Positions 26,808 through 40,000 of a DNA stretch of 64,000 nucleotides are shown piece by piece. The stretch's first letter is position 1; each line of letters begins with the position of its first letter. Below the pieces are notes generated by a model. It saw only the letters and a program-made list of their open reading frames with translations. It made no database searches and was not told the origin of the DNA. The position numbers and the translations under genes were made by a program. The stretch lies in NCBI GenBank assembly GCA_038496445.1, contig JALMLS010000421.1, forward strand, positions 166,424-230,423. Reading direction: 5' to 3'. This DNA is from Trichosphaerium sp. ATCC 40318 (Eukaryota > Protista > Tubulinea).

Positions 26808-29800
26808 CTAGGAAAACTTTTCATCTCCTGTGGATCTCTCGCTACCTGTACTGGTTGAAGTAGATTCTTCCATACTACCTGTACTGTTGATTGAAATAGA
26901 TTCTTTCATACTACCACCACTAGTACTTGCACTGCTTTCTGTACTAGCCATTGAATTTGATCTGCTTGATTTTGTAAAGTCACGTTTACTCTGTGTTCTT
27001 GTTTTTGTCCTTGTGGTCTTACTTGCAATTTTCTTTGCTTGGTTTATGTACATTTCAATGTTTATGACAAACAAACCAGAAGAAATTGTAGTATTCATAT
27101 TCTTCTTTGATTGTTCAGGTACATGCAAGAGTATAAAAGCGTTTGTTTTGCTCACTTGCAATGATACTGGTATGCCGTTAAGGTTTACATACTTTAAGGG
27201 AGAAGAAGGATTATCAAGTGACCAAATACAAGCAACTCTGTTCTTGTGTGTCCTATTATAGTACTTAACATTATACACAGATCACGTGGATATGAAAACG
27301 TACGATATTACTAGAGAACCTTCAATAAGCTCAATACTGTTTACCTTAAACTCAAAGCTACCAAATAGTGCTTCGGCTTTGAGGAAAATATAAGTTTCAA
27401 ATGATAATAATTTGATGTACCGTTTGGAGTGCTGGATGGTGCTGTTGAAGTGGTTGAGTGTTTCTTTGGATCTGGGTTGGGTAGAGTAGTTATCTCACAT
27501 CCTGTGTTTGCATCTAAGATAAGAACTTCTCCGTGTTGCTTGCCTAAAAGCAATGAACTTAGAAATTACCTAATAAAAGAAGCTTTACCAATAGCTACAT
27601 ATTCATTTGTCAAACATAGTGCTGTGAGTGTATCATCTCCAGTTGTTTTCTTGTATTTCATTGTTCCATCTGCTATATCATACAAAGTAAGGCTATTCTG
27701 TTGTATAACAACAATATAAGATGATGACATTGCAGTGAATGTGATAGTATGTATTGGCTCAACATGATCCTAATAAAAAAATAAGAAACCCAAAAATAGA
27801 ACTATAAAGGTTGTCTTCTACCGAAAGTATGACTTCTCCAGTGTTCAAATCGAATAGCCTGTATGTGAAAGCATTACAAAGGAATATATGAGTATCGTTT
27901 ATATGTGATAATGATGATGAAGGATTATAACCAGACACTTGGGATAAAATAAGTAAGAATTGTTCAGTTGCAGTTATTTTTTGTAACGTACATGAACCTT
28001 TGAGTAATTGTTGAGTTTCTGATGCCCTACAGCACAGGTACAAATCACTTTTAACAACAAGAACAAGTTTAGATGATCCCATGAGTACTTGAGATAGCAT
28101 ATCTTCATCAACATCGTTTGTAATCACGTTATTGTTCAGGATTGAATACAGTTTGAAACTTGTTTGTGATTTGAATATGACATAAGGAAAAGAGAAATGA
28201 TGGTATTCGAAATCAGAAGGAAAGTCTACTTTAAACGTCTTGCTTGTTGCAACGTCATAATGATAGAATGAACCTATTTTTATCGAATATTAGTAATAGC
28301 CAAAACAGAAAAATCTATGAACTGTGAAGCCATGTGGCGTACCAGTGTTACTGTAAGTAACAATTATGTTACCAACATCAACGAGAATAGTTTTCTTGTG
28401 GGAATAAAACTTTTGACCAAGAATAGAAGGCAAGTTAAACTTATGGTACGTATTATCTCGTTTTCTACATCAATGTAAGCAAACTGCGGGGTGCAAACAA
28501 ACCAACATACTCAAGAATCTTACACCATTCTTCGCAATGAGATTTCTGTAATGGGACATGTGGAAGAATAGGTGAATTAATGAGTTGACTTTTTAGCTTT
28601 TTATTTGGAGCTAGTTCCCTACAACAACTCATTAATGTAAAAAACGAACTGATAAATAACGCACAATGGTAGGAAGTATATGAATCGGTAGTAAAGATAG
28701 CTATCCTCAAATCTTTTACCGTTGTATGTCACGTGATCTATGATACCCATTTCTTGAATTTCACGTGCCCATGCAATAGCCTAATCACATATTTAAAACT
28801 GAAGTACTGCCCGTCTCACAAACTTATACAGCTATGATACGGTATTCATACGTACTTCTACACGTGTTCTAAGTCTCAGATTATTAACAAGCCAAGTAAT
28901 TAATTCATTGGCAATGAAGCAATCCTTGTACTTTTTAAGCCTCCATGTACGATCTTTCACCTTAATTCCTTTGTTCGCTTAGCAATAATCTTATAACAAT
29001 CTCTTTTTAAATACTCACCGTGATCAACTGTTTGTAATAGAGTAACCACATCTTTTAGTTCTTTAATTTTGCCTCTTTCTATGTCCGTCATTGACGGAAA
29101 CTTTGACTGTTCACGAAGTGCTCTTTGAGATTCTTTTGAAATGAACTTATAAAACAACTCCCTTGTTGAAACCATAAACATTCACTGTATCAAATAAAAA
29201 TACTTTATTACTTACCTGTTGTGAAACTGTTGAGTACCAGCCACGTGTACAACGTAGCCCTTGTGCATAAGTACATGACCAAAATACGTTGCTGTTTCCT
29301 CATCCCATCCTATTTTATTGTATTGTCAGAAAAGACCTCACTCTTATTAACGCTTTGCGTACCTTTATTTTTTTTTAGCCATTTGACAAACTCTGTACCA
29401 AGCCAGCAGTTTTCATAAGTACGGAACCCATATGTCCTTGACAAAAATAAGGGCTAATTCTAAAGAGCTTTGTTTTCTCTCCTCACCTTGTCATGATATT
29501 CAATGGATTGTCTCCCTTTTGACATGCTTTGATTATTGATTCAAAGTTCCAGGATTGGTACTTATCAAATTTCTCTCGTATATTCGAAGTGACTTTATTA
29601 AATCTGTAGAAAAGAGGACCATCTAAAAAGTTTTAGCAACAAGCTGCTACCAACTACCAAAAAATCACGTGATATTCCAAGTACTTTATGCCTTTTATAT
29701 TGATTTTACTGTAGCTAGACAGCGAAGAGGTACCATACGGTGGATAGCGAGGAGAATAATAATAACTAACCTTTAAATGAATGCTCATCGAGAACATGAT

Positions 29801-30340
29801 CAAAATGTCCGTGCTCCATCATGTAGTTCCCAATTAACTCTGCTTGCTCTCTAGAACATGATGGTACGTTTTTGGTTATCCACGTTACCTATCAATTGCT
29901 TCAGATGTGGCGAACTCAAGGCAAGAAAAAGTAACGGAGAAACCGTCTTAACTCCGGAAAAAAAAAGAACTACACAAAATCTAACCTATAACGTCTGCTA
30001 AAAAACAGCCAAAAGAGTTAAAAACAAGACGTACAGCTTCATGGCCAATAAAACAGTCTTTGAATTTTTTAAGGAGGTATTTCCTGTCTAAATTCGTTAT
30101 ATTAGCGCCCATACGCGTCTATGTGTTGAGAAATAATATTTAGGACCTTTAACAGCAACGCCATGTTCTTTAGAAACCATTTTATCTCCTAATGCACCTA
30201 CATCAACACCGAGGAACTCGCCGCGAATAGAGACGCTTTAAGAACCCGATAACAAGTTAATTAACACGAAAAAAAAAAAAACCACCAAAACAAATGAAAA
30301 AGCCGTACAAACTAGGCCTTCTTAGTGCACGATCACTCAT
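26808..30340 (-). CDS. Triple-DEP domain + beta-propeller-like protein, copy 2
   Basis: Same exon series as copy 1, starting MSDRALRRPSFVSIRGEFLGVDVGALGDKMVSKEHG and ending in a Ser/Thr-rich tail. Confidence 0.82.
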
Positions 30341-31047
30341 TTTCTGGATAATGTGATACTTCCCAATAGATAATAATGTATAGGTAAAGGTAAGTACGTC
30401 ACGTGACGTGATTATTTCTTTGATAAGTTAGTGCTGTGCTGGTAAAAGAGGATAGCTTTTATTACACACGTAACCTTTTTCAGCAATTCAAAACAAGTCA
30501 GATTGGCTATATTCTGGAATTGCGGACGTTATACGTAATAGTAGGAGTGGTAGGTCACAGATTGAGTAAGTAACCGCTATGTTGGGTATCCTCTGAATAG
30601 TAGAGATTCGTCATATATCGAGATCTCCTCGCTCGCTTCGTTAGATGTTTGGCTTCCTGGCGCCATAAGAGCCTTTCTTCTACGCTGTTGGAGTTTGGCT
30701 GTAAGATAGATATCACTAGGGATATCTGCCTTGGCCATTTTTAACATACGAATCAAAGGACCTGCACGGCCACCTTCATCAATAGTAAAAACAGTGTAAG
30801 CAACTCCAGGTAATGACTAATAAATGGTTATGGTTGTTTTTCCAGTGCCAATAACAGCACTTAATGGTGGCGTCTGTCACATCTTTAACATACCAGCAAG
30901 CTTTCACCCATCAAGCGTCATTTCTGCCAACGTTCAATGAGGAAGATTTTTTGTTTTATAATTACAAGTTATTATTTTATTACACGTGTGTTTATGTTTA
31001 CATTTTAGGGCGATTCGAGAGTACTTTATAGCTTGGATATATTTCTT

Positions 31048-32913
31048 TTACACAACACTCATACGGCTCCGCCTCTCTTTTGATGTCGAGCTTCTCACTT
31101 TCAAATCAGCGACTGACCTCCAAGGCTTTTTTGCGAACATGGTTGATTTTCTTTTGTCGACTGCTATTCTACACGAAGTGTGAGAATGAGATAGGACTTT
31201 CTCACATTTTTTGCTGCTGTACATGTGCTTTAGTGTTTGTCCAAGGGTTGTCATGCCCTTTGGGTTAAGTGTTTCGGTTGTGATGCATGTGAGTTTACTT
31301 GTTTTTCTTCCTTTGAAAATATTAAAGAATTCTTGCTCTACTGCTCCTATTGCTTCTAATGGTGTCGTTCCTTTGAAATTAGGAAAGAATTCCTTAAAAG
31401 TATCCATATGCTTCGAGAAATCAAACTCAAAAAGGTCTTTTTTGTTAAGTATAACAACCCAATTAACTTTTTTTAAAGCAACCAAGCTCGTATGTTCTTT
31501 GAATATTTTACAAGATAATTCGAAGCTATTTTCGGTTGTAGGTCGAAGAACTACATAAACAGAATGTCAGAGAATAAAGAAAAACAATTGATAAATGTTC
31601 ACGTGACAACGAAATTGAAAAAACGGAAAAATCCAAACGAACTAACGTACGTGAATGAAGATCTACAAAAAAAATTATACAATCAACATTGTCCATAGCT
31701 CTAATCCATTTTCTCCTTTCGGATGCTTGGCCGCCCATGTCGATAACGTGAAACCTACTCCATAGTAAGTATGGAAAACCTTCGTTGAGGTAAGACGTGT
31801 TACTTCACGTCGAAAACTCCGTCTAACAAGAGTTTGAACATACCAATAACCGTTAACATCAAAACGTGATTGCCACATGCCAATTGTCTTTCGAATACAC
31901 AAAAGTATATCATCATTTGTTGGTTTATAACTCACACATGTAATGTCATTAAAGCGTTTATCCAAAAGGCTAACATATATAAGTACACGTGTGAAAGAGC
32001 AAAGTAATAGAAACGAAGAAGTAAAATAAGTTTTGGTGACGGTTTTTTTTTTGAACAAATTCTGGTTCGTCAAGACTCGCGCTGTAAGGTTTGAGTGTGG
32101 AAGGAACAGTTGAAAAAGATGCGTTATATTTTGGGAATACGAAAAAAAAATATGGCAAAGACAAGACGTACTACAAGTCGGCTGTTGAAGCTAAGTTTCG
32201 CCTCTTTTTTAAATACCAATTTCGTTGTACTTCTTCGTCGTTCCAAATACTCCTCAAGCGTTTATCCGTTGTCTTATTTATAGTAGCTCTATTATGACGT
32301 ATACTCTTGAAAGCAGACTAGAATATGTATTAGAGCCTGTAACGAAAAGATCTCCAAAAAAGTTGCAAAGACTGCAAAAAAAAAAAAGATCACAAAAAAC
32401 TACGAAATTTCGCTAGTCCTCTAAAAATAAAACCCCGGAAGCGATGTCGCGTGTATATCACGTTTTATAAAGTCAATAGAAAGTACCTTTGCTTGTCTGC
32501 CTACTTTTTTATTGTCGCAGTTTTCATAAAGCTGCATGACAGTTTTTGTAACATAGTCATGTATTGAATGGCCAAAAGTAAGTCTTTCCGTGCTTGTAAA
32601 TCCTTTACCATAAATTATTTTCATTTGCTTCATAAATGTTGACTTTCCACTCCCGCCAAGACCTATAAAAATAAATAAGCGTCATTCATCAACAAACAAG
32701 CAAACAAACAAAAAAAAAAACAGCAAAAATGTTTGATCACGTGATATTTTTCGACTTTGATGACTTGAGGAACGCTAAAAAAAATTCGGTTGGGTTTTAT
32801 TCGTTCATACCAAGGCTTAATATTGTCTTCTCCTTCCCCGACGTAGCCCGCGCAGCTTTCAAGTATTTATCTATCCGTGTCGTTTGAGGCGACTTTACGT
32901 AACTGCATATCAT
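31048..32913 (-). CDS. Heterotrimeric G-protein alpha subunit (atypical)
   Basis: G1 LGLGGSGKSTFMKQMKIIYG, YKPTNDDILL, G3 DMGGQASERRKW, VDCIIFFVDL, G4 LNKKDLF. The N-terminus is MICSY. Confidence 0.93.
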
Positions 32914-33963
32914 TCTTAATGGCGTTTGTTGTTACTATATGTATCTACAACGTATTTTCTTGATATTTTTAAAGGCCAAGAGCTATTGCTTTAGTCTTGA
33001 TAAACCTGTTGAATAAGTACACAAAAACGATGAGCCAAAGTTGGGAAAGTCACACAAAAAAAAATCACCGCTTCAAACTCCTTGACTCAGGAGTCATCAA
33101 CTCACCGTAAGATTGTGTTAGACACCGCCGACGTATTCTTGTACTCCTAATATCCCTATCACGTGTATTTTTTATAAAAATAGTAAGCACTAAACGACTG
33201 TTTTTATTTTCAGCCATCACGTGACGCATCGGAATTTTTTCACCAACTATTTGGGTGAGAGGGACGTCCCTTTGCCATCTTTTCTAGATTTCGCTAGTTG
33301 TGTAACGATAACTCCTATCGTTTATCGCGCTATATAGCGAACGGAAGCGGAACTGTGAAGTTACATAACCAACTAGCGGTCATGGACTACCACATGCCGA
33401 AAAGAGGTATCATGTGGTTATTACAAACAAGCGTGGTTTAACGCCATACATTCACGTGATTTCTACGAGAAAACCGTGTCATTGATCGTCCCTTACGGTT
33501 TATATATATCAGCTACTTTGATAGAGAAGTCGAGTATTTTCAATCATCACGAAAACGATGTGCTGAAAAGAGCTAAAAAAACCATCAAAACTCTATTGCT
33601 CCTTCTAAAACAACAAAAATCGAGTGTCTTCTCTACCGATATCTGAATTGATTAGATGTAAAGCGTCTACATTAAGTGTAGTGTCACTGTACAACAATTC
33701 TAGAGGATAAATACGCGTTGAGGTGTACTACAACAGGAAACCAGCAAAGCAGAGAAAAACCGAGTACTTTGATAGTGCATACGGGAACTTCCAACAAGCC
33801 CTGTTTGTACCAAAAAAATAATACTGCGAAATAGCATAGGTGACTATTAAAGGATTTACTATCTTCACCACTATATAGCGTCAGGTATAGCGCTTCGGGT
33901 CTATCCGGAGATTGATCATATTTAGAATACCAGAGCACATGTGAATTATCATTGTAGATTACG

Positions 33964-34100
33964 GTTCTTTGTGATTTGCTAATTTTTGCTTACATATTCG
34001 TCATGTCACGTGACTGATAGACTTTCGTAGAAACAACAAGTCTAAGACTACCTTATCATAAACCAAGAGAGTGAACATGTCAAACACTTGCTACATAAAC
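33964..34100 (+). repeat. Left arm of a ~140-bp imperfect inverted repeat containing GTCACGTGAC
   Basis: Its reverse complement aligns to 36655-36802 (e.g. tagtctt.ga.ttgttgtttctac.aaagtc.atcagtcacgtgacat.acgaatatgtaagcaaaaattagcaa). Confidence 0.9.
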
Positions 34101-34967
34101 TATCTCTTGACTACGTTACTATTTTGCGTTTAGCCCTTTTTTTCCAGTTTCAATCATGATTGTGCAGACATTTGCGATAGAAACGGTGCTATGAAATGTA
34201 CTTGCTGAGTTTTCATAAAGTTCCAAAAGCTTATAGCCCAAAAAGTTACATTGCCATGTGAAATAGCTGGGCGCTTCACAGTTATTAAAGAACAACAAGG
34301 CTAAAACAGTACTCATACAGCCCTTGACAGGAATAGGTAGAGTTGGAATTAGGGCTATAGCCGGCTAGCCGGTACTGTAATTAGCTGGTTAAGTTTTTGG
34401 GACCGGCGAAAACCGGCTAAGAAAACTGAAGGGAAAACTGAAACCTCTTTCGCATTTTTGCTTGATACTAAGTGACCTTCTACAACACAGTGTTAGTGTT
34501 TGTTATACAACATCAAGGTCGTTGAAATATAGGGATGGGCATTGAGATGATCTCTTGTTTAACAACAGTAACAAATATTTCACTTAGAGGTGGACGTGGT
34601 CCTGTCCCAGCTAAAAATCTGTGGCTGGATAAGAAACGCAGCAACAAACTCTGTAATGGGCCGTTTACAATATGAGATTTTGTTGATGTTGCCACCACAA
34701 TGCTTCTGAAAAGTTCTACTTCTGTTGATACAAAGGTCCAACACGCATAAAAAGGTTGAGTTTTCTTAGCCAGGTATTCCCGGTCCCAAAAACTTAAACG
34801 GTTAACCGCCTCTAGCACCACTTGTGTTTACGATATAATGATTTCCTATTAATCAGTATACGTGTAGTATCAGTGTCGTGGAGCTTTAGCTCACACAAGC
34901 TTCTCTGAGCATAGAAATATACGTTTTTTACTTTGCAAGTTTACGCTCGTTTACTGTAGTTGACTGA

Positions 34968-36503
34968 ATGAACATCTTCTTTTGCCAAAATACACCAACA
35001 ACAGAAAACATGTCTGAGTCACCCGCTAAACAAGTATGTGGTTCAATACAGACCAATACAGCTTCAAACCAGCCCTTTACGCTTCTTCCACCTGAAATAC
35101 TCGAAATGATCGTATTCAGACCTCCAGCAGACCCGATATTGACACCAATTGCTATAAAACGTACTTGCAAGTGTTTTTACTGGCAAATATCTGGTGCAGG
35201 CACTCAATGCTTGAAAGCAGCTCACAGGGAACACTTCCCTACCTACATTACCGATTTCCCATTTTTCAAGGACCAAGACTTTACTTCATACTACTGGAAG
35301 TATCTACCAGTGTTATTAGGCTATGTGCGACCTAACCTGAAAGAACAAGTTCTTGATTCAGTTACAGTATCAACTATTATACATGACATTGGTAAAGACT
35401 ACAAACATAAAGTAAAGTTCTCTGTAGAAGCACTATTCATGTTGATTTACGCTTCGCAAAAAATATGTTCCTATGGTGATCACGTGATAGACACAAGTAA
35501 ATTCATAGGATACTTTGATGATGAGTTTACTGAAGATGTTGAAGAGGGTGATTTTCAGTGTGCTGATGTAGAAGTTGACCCTGAAGAATTTCATTATCCA
35601 CCGGACCTGCTACCATGGCCATATGGTGATAACGGCGTCCTTTTATGTGAAAGAGTTAACATTAATTATATCATCGATGAACAACTGACACTAGAAGAGG
35701 TTAAAAAATGGCATAAATTTATAAACTTCAATGATGCCGTTTTTCATGAAAGAGATGCCTTTGGCAAAATACCTTTAATGCGCTACATTGAGATGTACTA
35801 TGCTTATAATAGCGGTATACTAGATGATCCTGTTTACCAATACTTTGTTAAACACAGTAACATAAATACACGTGACTTATCCGGAAAGACATCATTATTT
35901 TATCTTGGTGATGTTGTAGAAAACTATGATATTTACAAGGTTGATGAAGATTACGACTTTACAGTAAGAGATAACAAAGGGTGGAACTTTATATATCATC
36001 AACCAAAATGGATCAGGTGTGAAAACATTGATTGTCTCAAAGATATATTAGGAGATACAGAATTACTTTGGTTATTGATTCGGTTACGTATGTTTTATAA
36101 GGCTTTTCTTCTTTGTGATAATGCTGTAAACTTTCAAGAGATGAAGATTCATGAACCTTTTGGAGAACACAACAAAACTATTGCTTTTGTTCTTGCTGAA
36201 ATGTCTCAAGAGGTTGTCTGTAAAGTAACACCACGTCGTGAACAAACCTATAGTTTTGAACATGACCTTGTGAGAGAGAAACAAAAGTCAGACAGTCACT
36301 TGATTAGTCTCATTTGTAATCACAAGGATTACAATCCAAACCACCAAGATGATGAAGGGAATACAGTGTATATGACAGCTCTCAAATGTGTGGACCTTAA
36401 ATTTGCAAAGAATTTTATATCTGATGGTATGGATTGGACTATAAAAAACAACCTAGGAGAAAGTGCAAGAGAACTAAGGGACGCGAGGGTTGTTGGTAAA
36501 TAA
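34968..36503 (+). CDS. Intronless F-box + histone H2B/H3-like segment + ankyrin-repeat protein
   Basis: 511-aa ORF. F-box FTLLPPEILEMIVF..IKRTCKCFY. Residues ~105-168 read SYYWKYLPVLLGYVRPN..IIHDIGKDYKHKVKFSVEALFMLIYAS. Ankyrin-like repeats RDAFGKIPL, RDLSGKTSL, RDNKGWN and NHQDDEGNTVYMTA..KNNLGESA follow. The ORF and ankyrins are firm; the histone call is tentative. Confidence 0.8.
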   Translation: MNIFFCQNTPTTENMSESPAKQVCGSIQTNTASNQPFTLLPPEILEMIVFRPPADPILTPIAIKRTCKCFYWQISGAGTQCLKAAHREHFPTYITDFPFFKDQDFTSYYWKYLPVLLGYVRPNLKEQVLDSVTVSTIIHDIGKDYKHKVKFSVEALFMLIYASQKICSYGDHVIDTSKFIGYFDDEFTEDVEEGDFQCADVEVDPEEFHYPPDLLPWPYGDNGVLLCERVNINYIIDEQLTLEEVKKWHKFINFNDAVFHERDAFGKIPLMRYIEMYYAYNSGILDDPVYQYFVKHSNINTRDLSGKTSLFYLGDVVENYDIYKVDEDYDFTVRDNKGWNFIYHQPKWIRCENIDCLKDILGDTELLWLLIRLRMFYKAFLLCDNAVNFQEMKIHEPFGEHNKTIAFVLAEMSQEVVCKVTPRREQTYSFEHDLVREKQKSDSHLISLICNHKDYNPNHQDDEGNTVYMTALKCVDLKFAKNFISDGMDWTIKNNLGESARELRDARVVGK

Positions 36504-36654
36504 ACCAATAAACGATACCTTTTCATTACTATCAAGTTCACTGTTTGTTAGATTAGAGCATACCAGTAACAAGGTAAGACTTAGACTTTATTTCGTTTTA
36601 GAAGCTCAGTTGGAGCCACAAAGCCTGACACTTCGTGAATTTAGATATAAACTG

Positions 36655-36802
36655 GTTTATGTGGCAAGTGTTATTCGGTTGACCTGCTCACTCTCTTGGA
36701 TTTATGGTACTAAATAGTCTTGGATTTGTTGTTTCTACAAAAGTCAATCAGTCACGTGACATAACGAATATGTAAGCAAAAATTAGCAATAACAGCAAGA
36801 AC
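36655..36802 (-). repeat. Right arm of the ~140-bp inverted repeat
   Basis: Reverse complement of 33964-34100, roughly 80% identical by eye. Confidence 0.9.
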
Positions 36803-37082
36803 TGCTCCTACTAGCTAAGTATACGGCCAATCTTTTGGCGGTAAACGCTCAGGAGACTGTTACGCTACGTTGACTAACTGCTGAGTTGGTTGGAAAACAT
36901 ACACTCTTTGAATGAAATGAAAAGACTTTTATTGAATTGCCGAAAAAGGATTGTTGTCTTATAAACATACATCTTTTGCCAATACAAGTACAGTGTGATC
37001 TTGTTAACAAACTCGGGCAATAATTAATCACGTGGTCTGCGTTTTTCCATTGTCAGTTAGGAAACGTCACATTACCGAATAA

Positions 37083-40000
37083 ATGAGCGAGCGTTCGTCA
37101 AGAAGCCCTAGCTTGTACGTCTTTATCGTTATTTTTTTTTTTGTTTTTTAACTTTTTATCGGGTTCTTAAGCGTCTCTATTCGTGGCGAGTTCCTCGGTG
37201 TTGACGTGGGGGCATTAGGAGATAAAATGGTTTCTAAAGAACATGGTGTTATTGTTAAAGGTCCTAAACATCATTTCTTAACTCACGTGCGCGTACAGGC
37301 ACTAATACAAGAATCTAGACAGGAAATATCACCTTAAAAAATTCAAAGACTGTTTTGTTGGCCATGAAGCTGTACGTGCTGTGTTTCTATTTTGAACGTC
37401 GTACATAGTATTCTTAACTATATTTTTACGTTACATATGACCATAAAGTACTATTTCAGCGCTCTAGCCATTTTTGTACTTGTGTACAATTACTCCGTTT
37501 TTATTTTTACGCACCTTGAACTTACGACCTGACGCAATTTATAGGTAACGTGGATAACTAAAAATGTAAGATCGTGCTCTAGAGAGCAAGCAGAGTTAAT
37601 TGGGAACTATATGATGGAACATGGACATTTTGATCACGTTCTCGATGAGCATTCATTTAAAGGTATGTTTTTATTCTTTTTCGAACTTTGTGCCTCGCCA
37701 TCCACCACTTATGTGGTGTAAAAGTGCCGTAGATAACGTTGAAACCACAGAGAGTATTTTACAAAAGACACGTGATGTCACGTGACAATTTTCGGTGGCA
37801 GCGAATAATAACTGTTTTTGTTTTTAGATGGTCCTCTTTTCTACAGATTTAATAAAGTCACTGCGAATATAAGAGAGAAATTTGATAAGTACCAATCTTG
37901 GAACTTCGAATCAATAATCAAAGCATGTCAAAAAGGAAAACATCCATTGAATATCATGACAAGGTGAGGAGAAAAACAAATTTCTTTGTGCGAACCTTAT
38001 TTTTTTGAACGAAAAAACATGTAATGTAATTTTTTTTTTCAAGGACATATGGTTTCCGTAATTACAAAAACTGCTGGCTTGGTACAGAGTTTGTCAAATG
38101 GTTAACAAAAAATAAGGGTACGCAAATGCGTTAATAATGACTGGAGGTCTTTTTTGACAATACAATAAAATAGGATGGGATGAGGAAACAGCAACGTATT
38201 TTGGTCATATTCTTATGCACAAGGGTTACGTTGTACACGTGGCTGGTACTCAACAGTTCCATAACAGGTAAGTAACAAAGTACTTTTATCTTGATCCAGT
38301 GAATGTTTATGGTATCAACAAAGGGAGTTGTTTTATAAGTTCATTTCAAAGACTTCTCAAAAAGCACTTCGTGAAAAGTCAAAGTTTCCTTCAATGACGG
38401 ACGTAGAAAGAGGCAAACTTAAAGAACTAAAAGATGTAGTTACTCTACTGCAAACAATAGACCACGGTATGTACGTAACAAGAGCTTATTGGTTAAGTGA
38501 ACAAAGGAATTAAGGTGAAAGATCGTACATGGAGGCTTAAAAAGTACAAGGATTGCTTCATTGCCAATGAATTAATTACTTGGCTTGTTAAAAACCTGAG
38601 ACTAAACACACGTGTAGAAGTAAGTATGAACAACCTAATCTGTAGACTCTCAGAGAGTTTTAAGCTTTAAATATTCTGAAACTTTTATGATTAGGCTATT
38701 GCATGGGCACGTGAAATTCAAGAAATGGGTATCATAGATCATGTGACATACAATGGCAAAAGATTTGAGGATAGCTTTCTCTTCTACCGATTCATATACT
38801 TCCTACCTATGTGCGTTCAATTCACCTACAATTTATCTCTTCGTTTGTTACATTAATGAGTTGTTGTAGGGAACTAGCTCCAAATAAAAAGCTTAAAAGT
38901 CAACTCATTAATTCACCTATTCTTCCACATGTCCCATTACAGAAATCTCATTGCGAAGAATGGTGTAAGATTCTTGAGTATGTTGGTTTGTTTGCTCCCC
39001 GCAGTTTGCTTACATTGACCTAGAAAACGAGATTATACGTACCACAAGTTTAACTTGCCTTCTATTCTTGGTCAAAAGTTTTATTCCCACAAGAAAACTA
39101 TTCTAGTTGATGTTGGTAACATTATTGTTACTTATAGTAACACCGGTAAGCCACCCAATTTTATAGTTTAAAGCCTCTGTTTTTTTGAAACTTTTGAGTC
39201 ACGTGGATCGAACCAAGATCCTCTAAAAACGTGTGCTTTTATGTTTCAAAATAGCTTCAAAAGTTGCAGTAGCAGTGGATTGAGGTTAACTAGTATTCGA
39301 TAAAAATAGGTTCATTCTATCATTATGATGTTGCCACATGCAAGACGTTTAAAGTAGACTTTCCTTCTGATTTCGAATACCATCATTTCTCTTTTCCTTA
39401 TGTCATATTCAAATCACAAACAAGTTTCAAACTGTATTCAATCCTGAACAATAACGTGATCACCACTCATCTTGATGATAAAGATATGCTTTCTCAAGTA
39501 CTCATGGGATCATCTAAACTTGTTCTTGTTGTTAAAAGTGATTTGTACCTGTGCTGTAGGACGGTAGGATCCCAACAATTACTCAAAGGTTCATGTACGT
39601 TACAAAAAAAAACTGCAACTGAACATTCTTACTTATTTTATCCCAAGTGTCTGGTTATAATCCTTCATCACCATTATCACATATAAACGATACTCATGTA
39701 TTCCTTTGTAATGCTTTCACATACAGGCTATTCTATTTGGACACTGGAGAACTCATAATTTCGGTAGAAGCTTAGAAGTCCTATTTTCTTTTTTGTTCCA
39801 TTTTTTTGGCGTTTCTCATTGTGTTGCTAGGACAATGTTGAAAGAATACAAACTATCACATTTACTGCAATGTCATCATCTGCCATTGCTATCACACAAC
39901 AGAGTAGCTTGATATTGTATAATACTATAGACGGAACAATGAGATATAAGAAAACAATTGGAGATGATATATTTACAGCACTTTGTTTGACAAATGAATA

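Noticed and set aside
34513-34821. 102-aa ORF inside the inverted-repeat cassette as a transposase remnant
   Set aside because: No DDE or zinc-finger motifs, and a non-ATG start.
36920-37082. F-box-like TFIELPKK upstream of the DEP genes
   Set aside because: An in-frame TAA lies just before the conserved ATG in copy 3, and no consistent splice joins it across the three copies.
39596-39648. Apparent frameshift in DEP copy 3 (TEHSYLF versus TEQFLLI)
   Set aside because: It lies inside a GTACGT..CCAAG intron.
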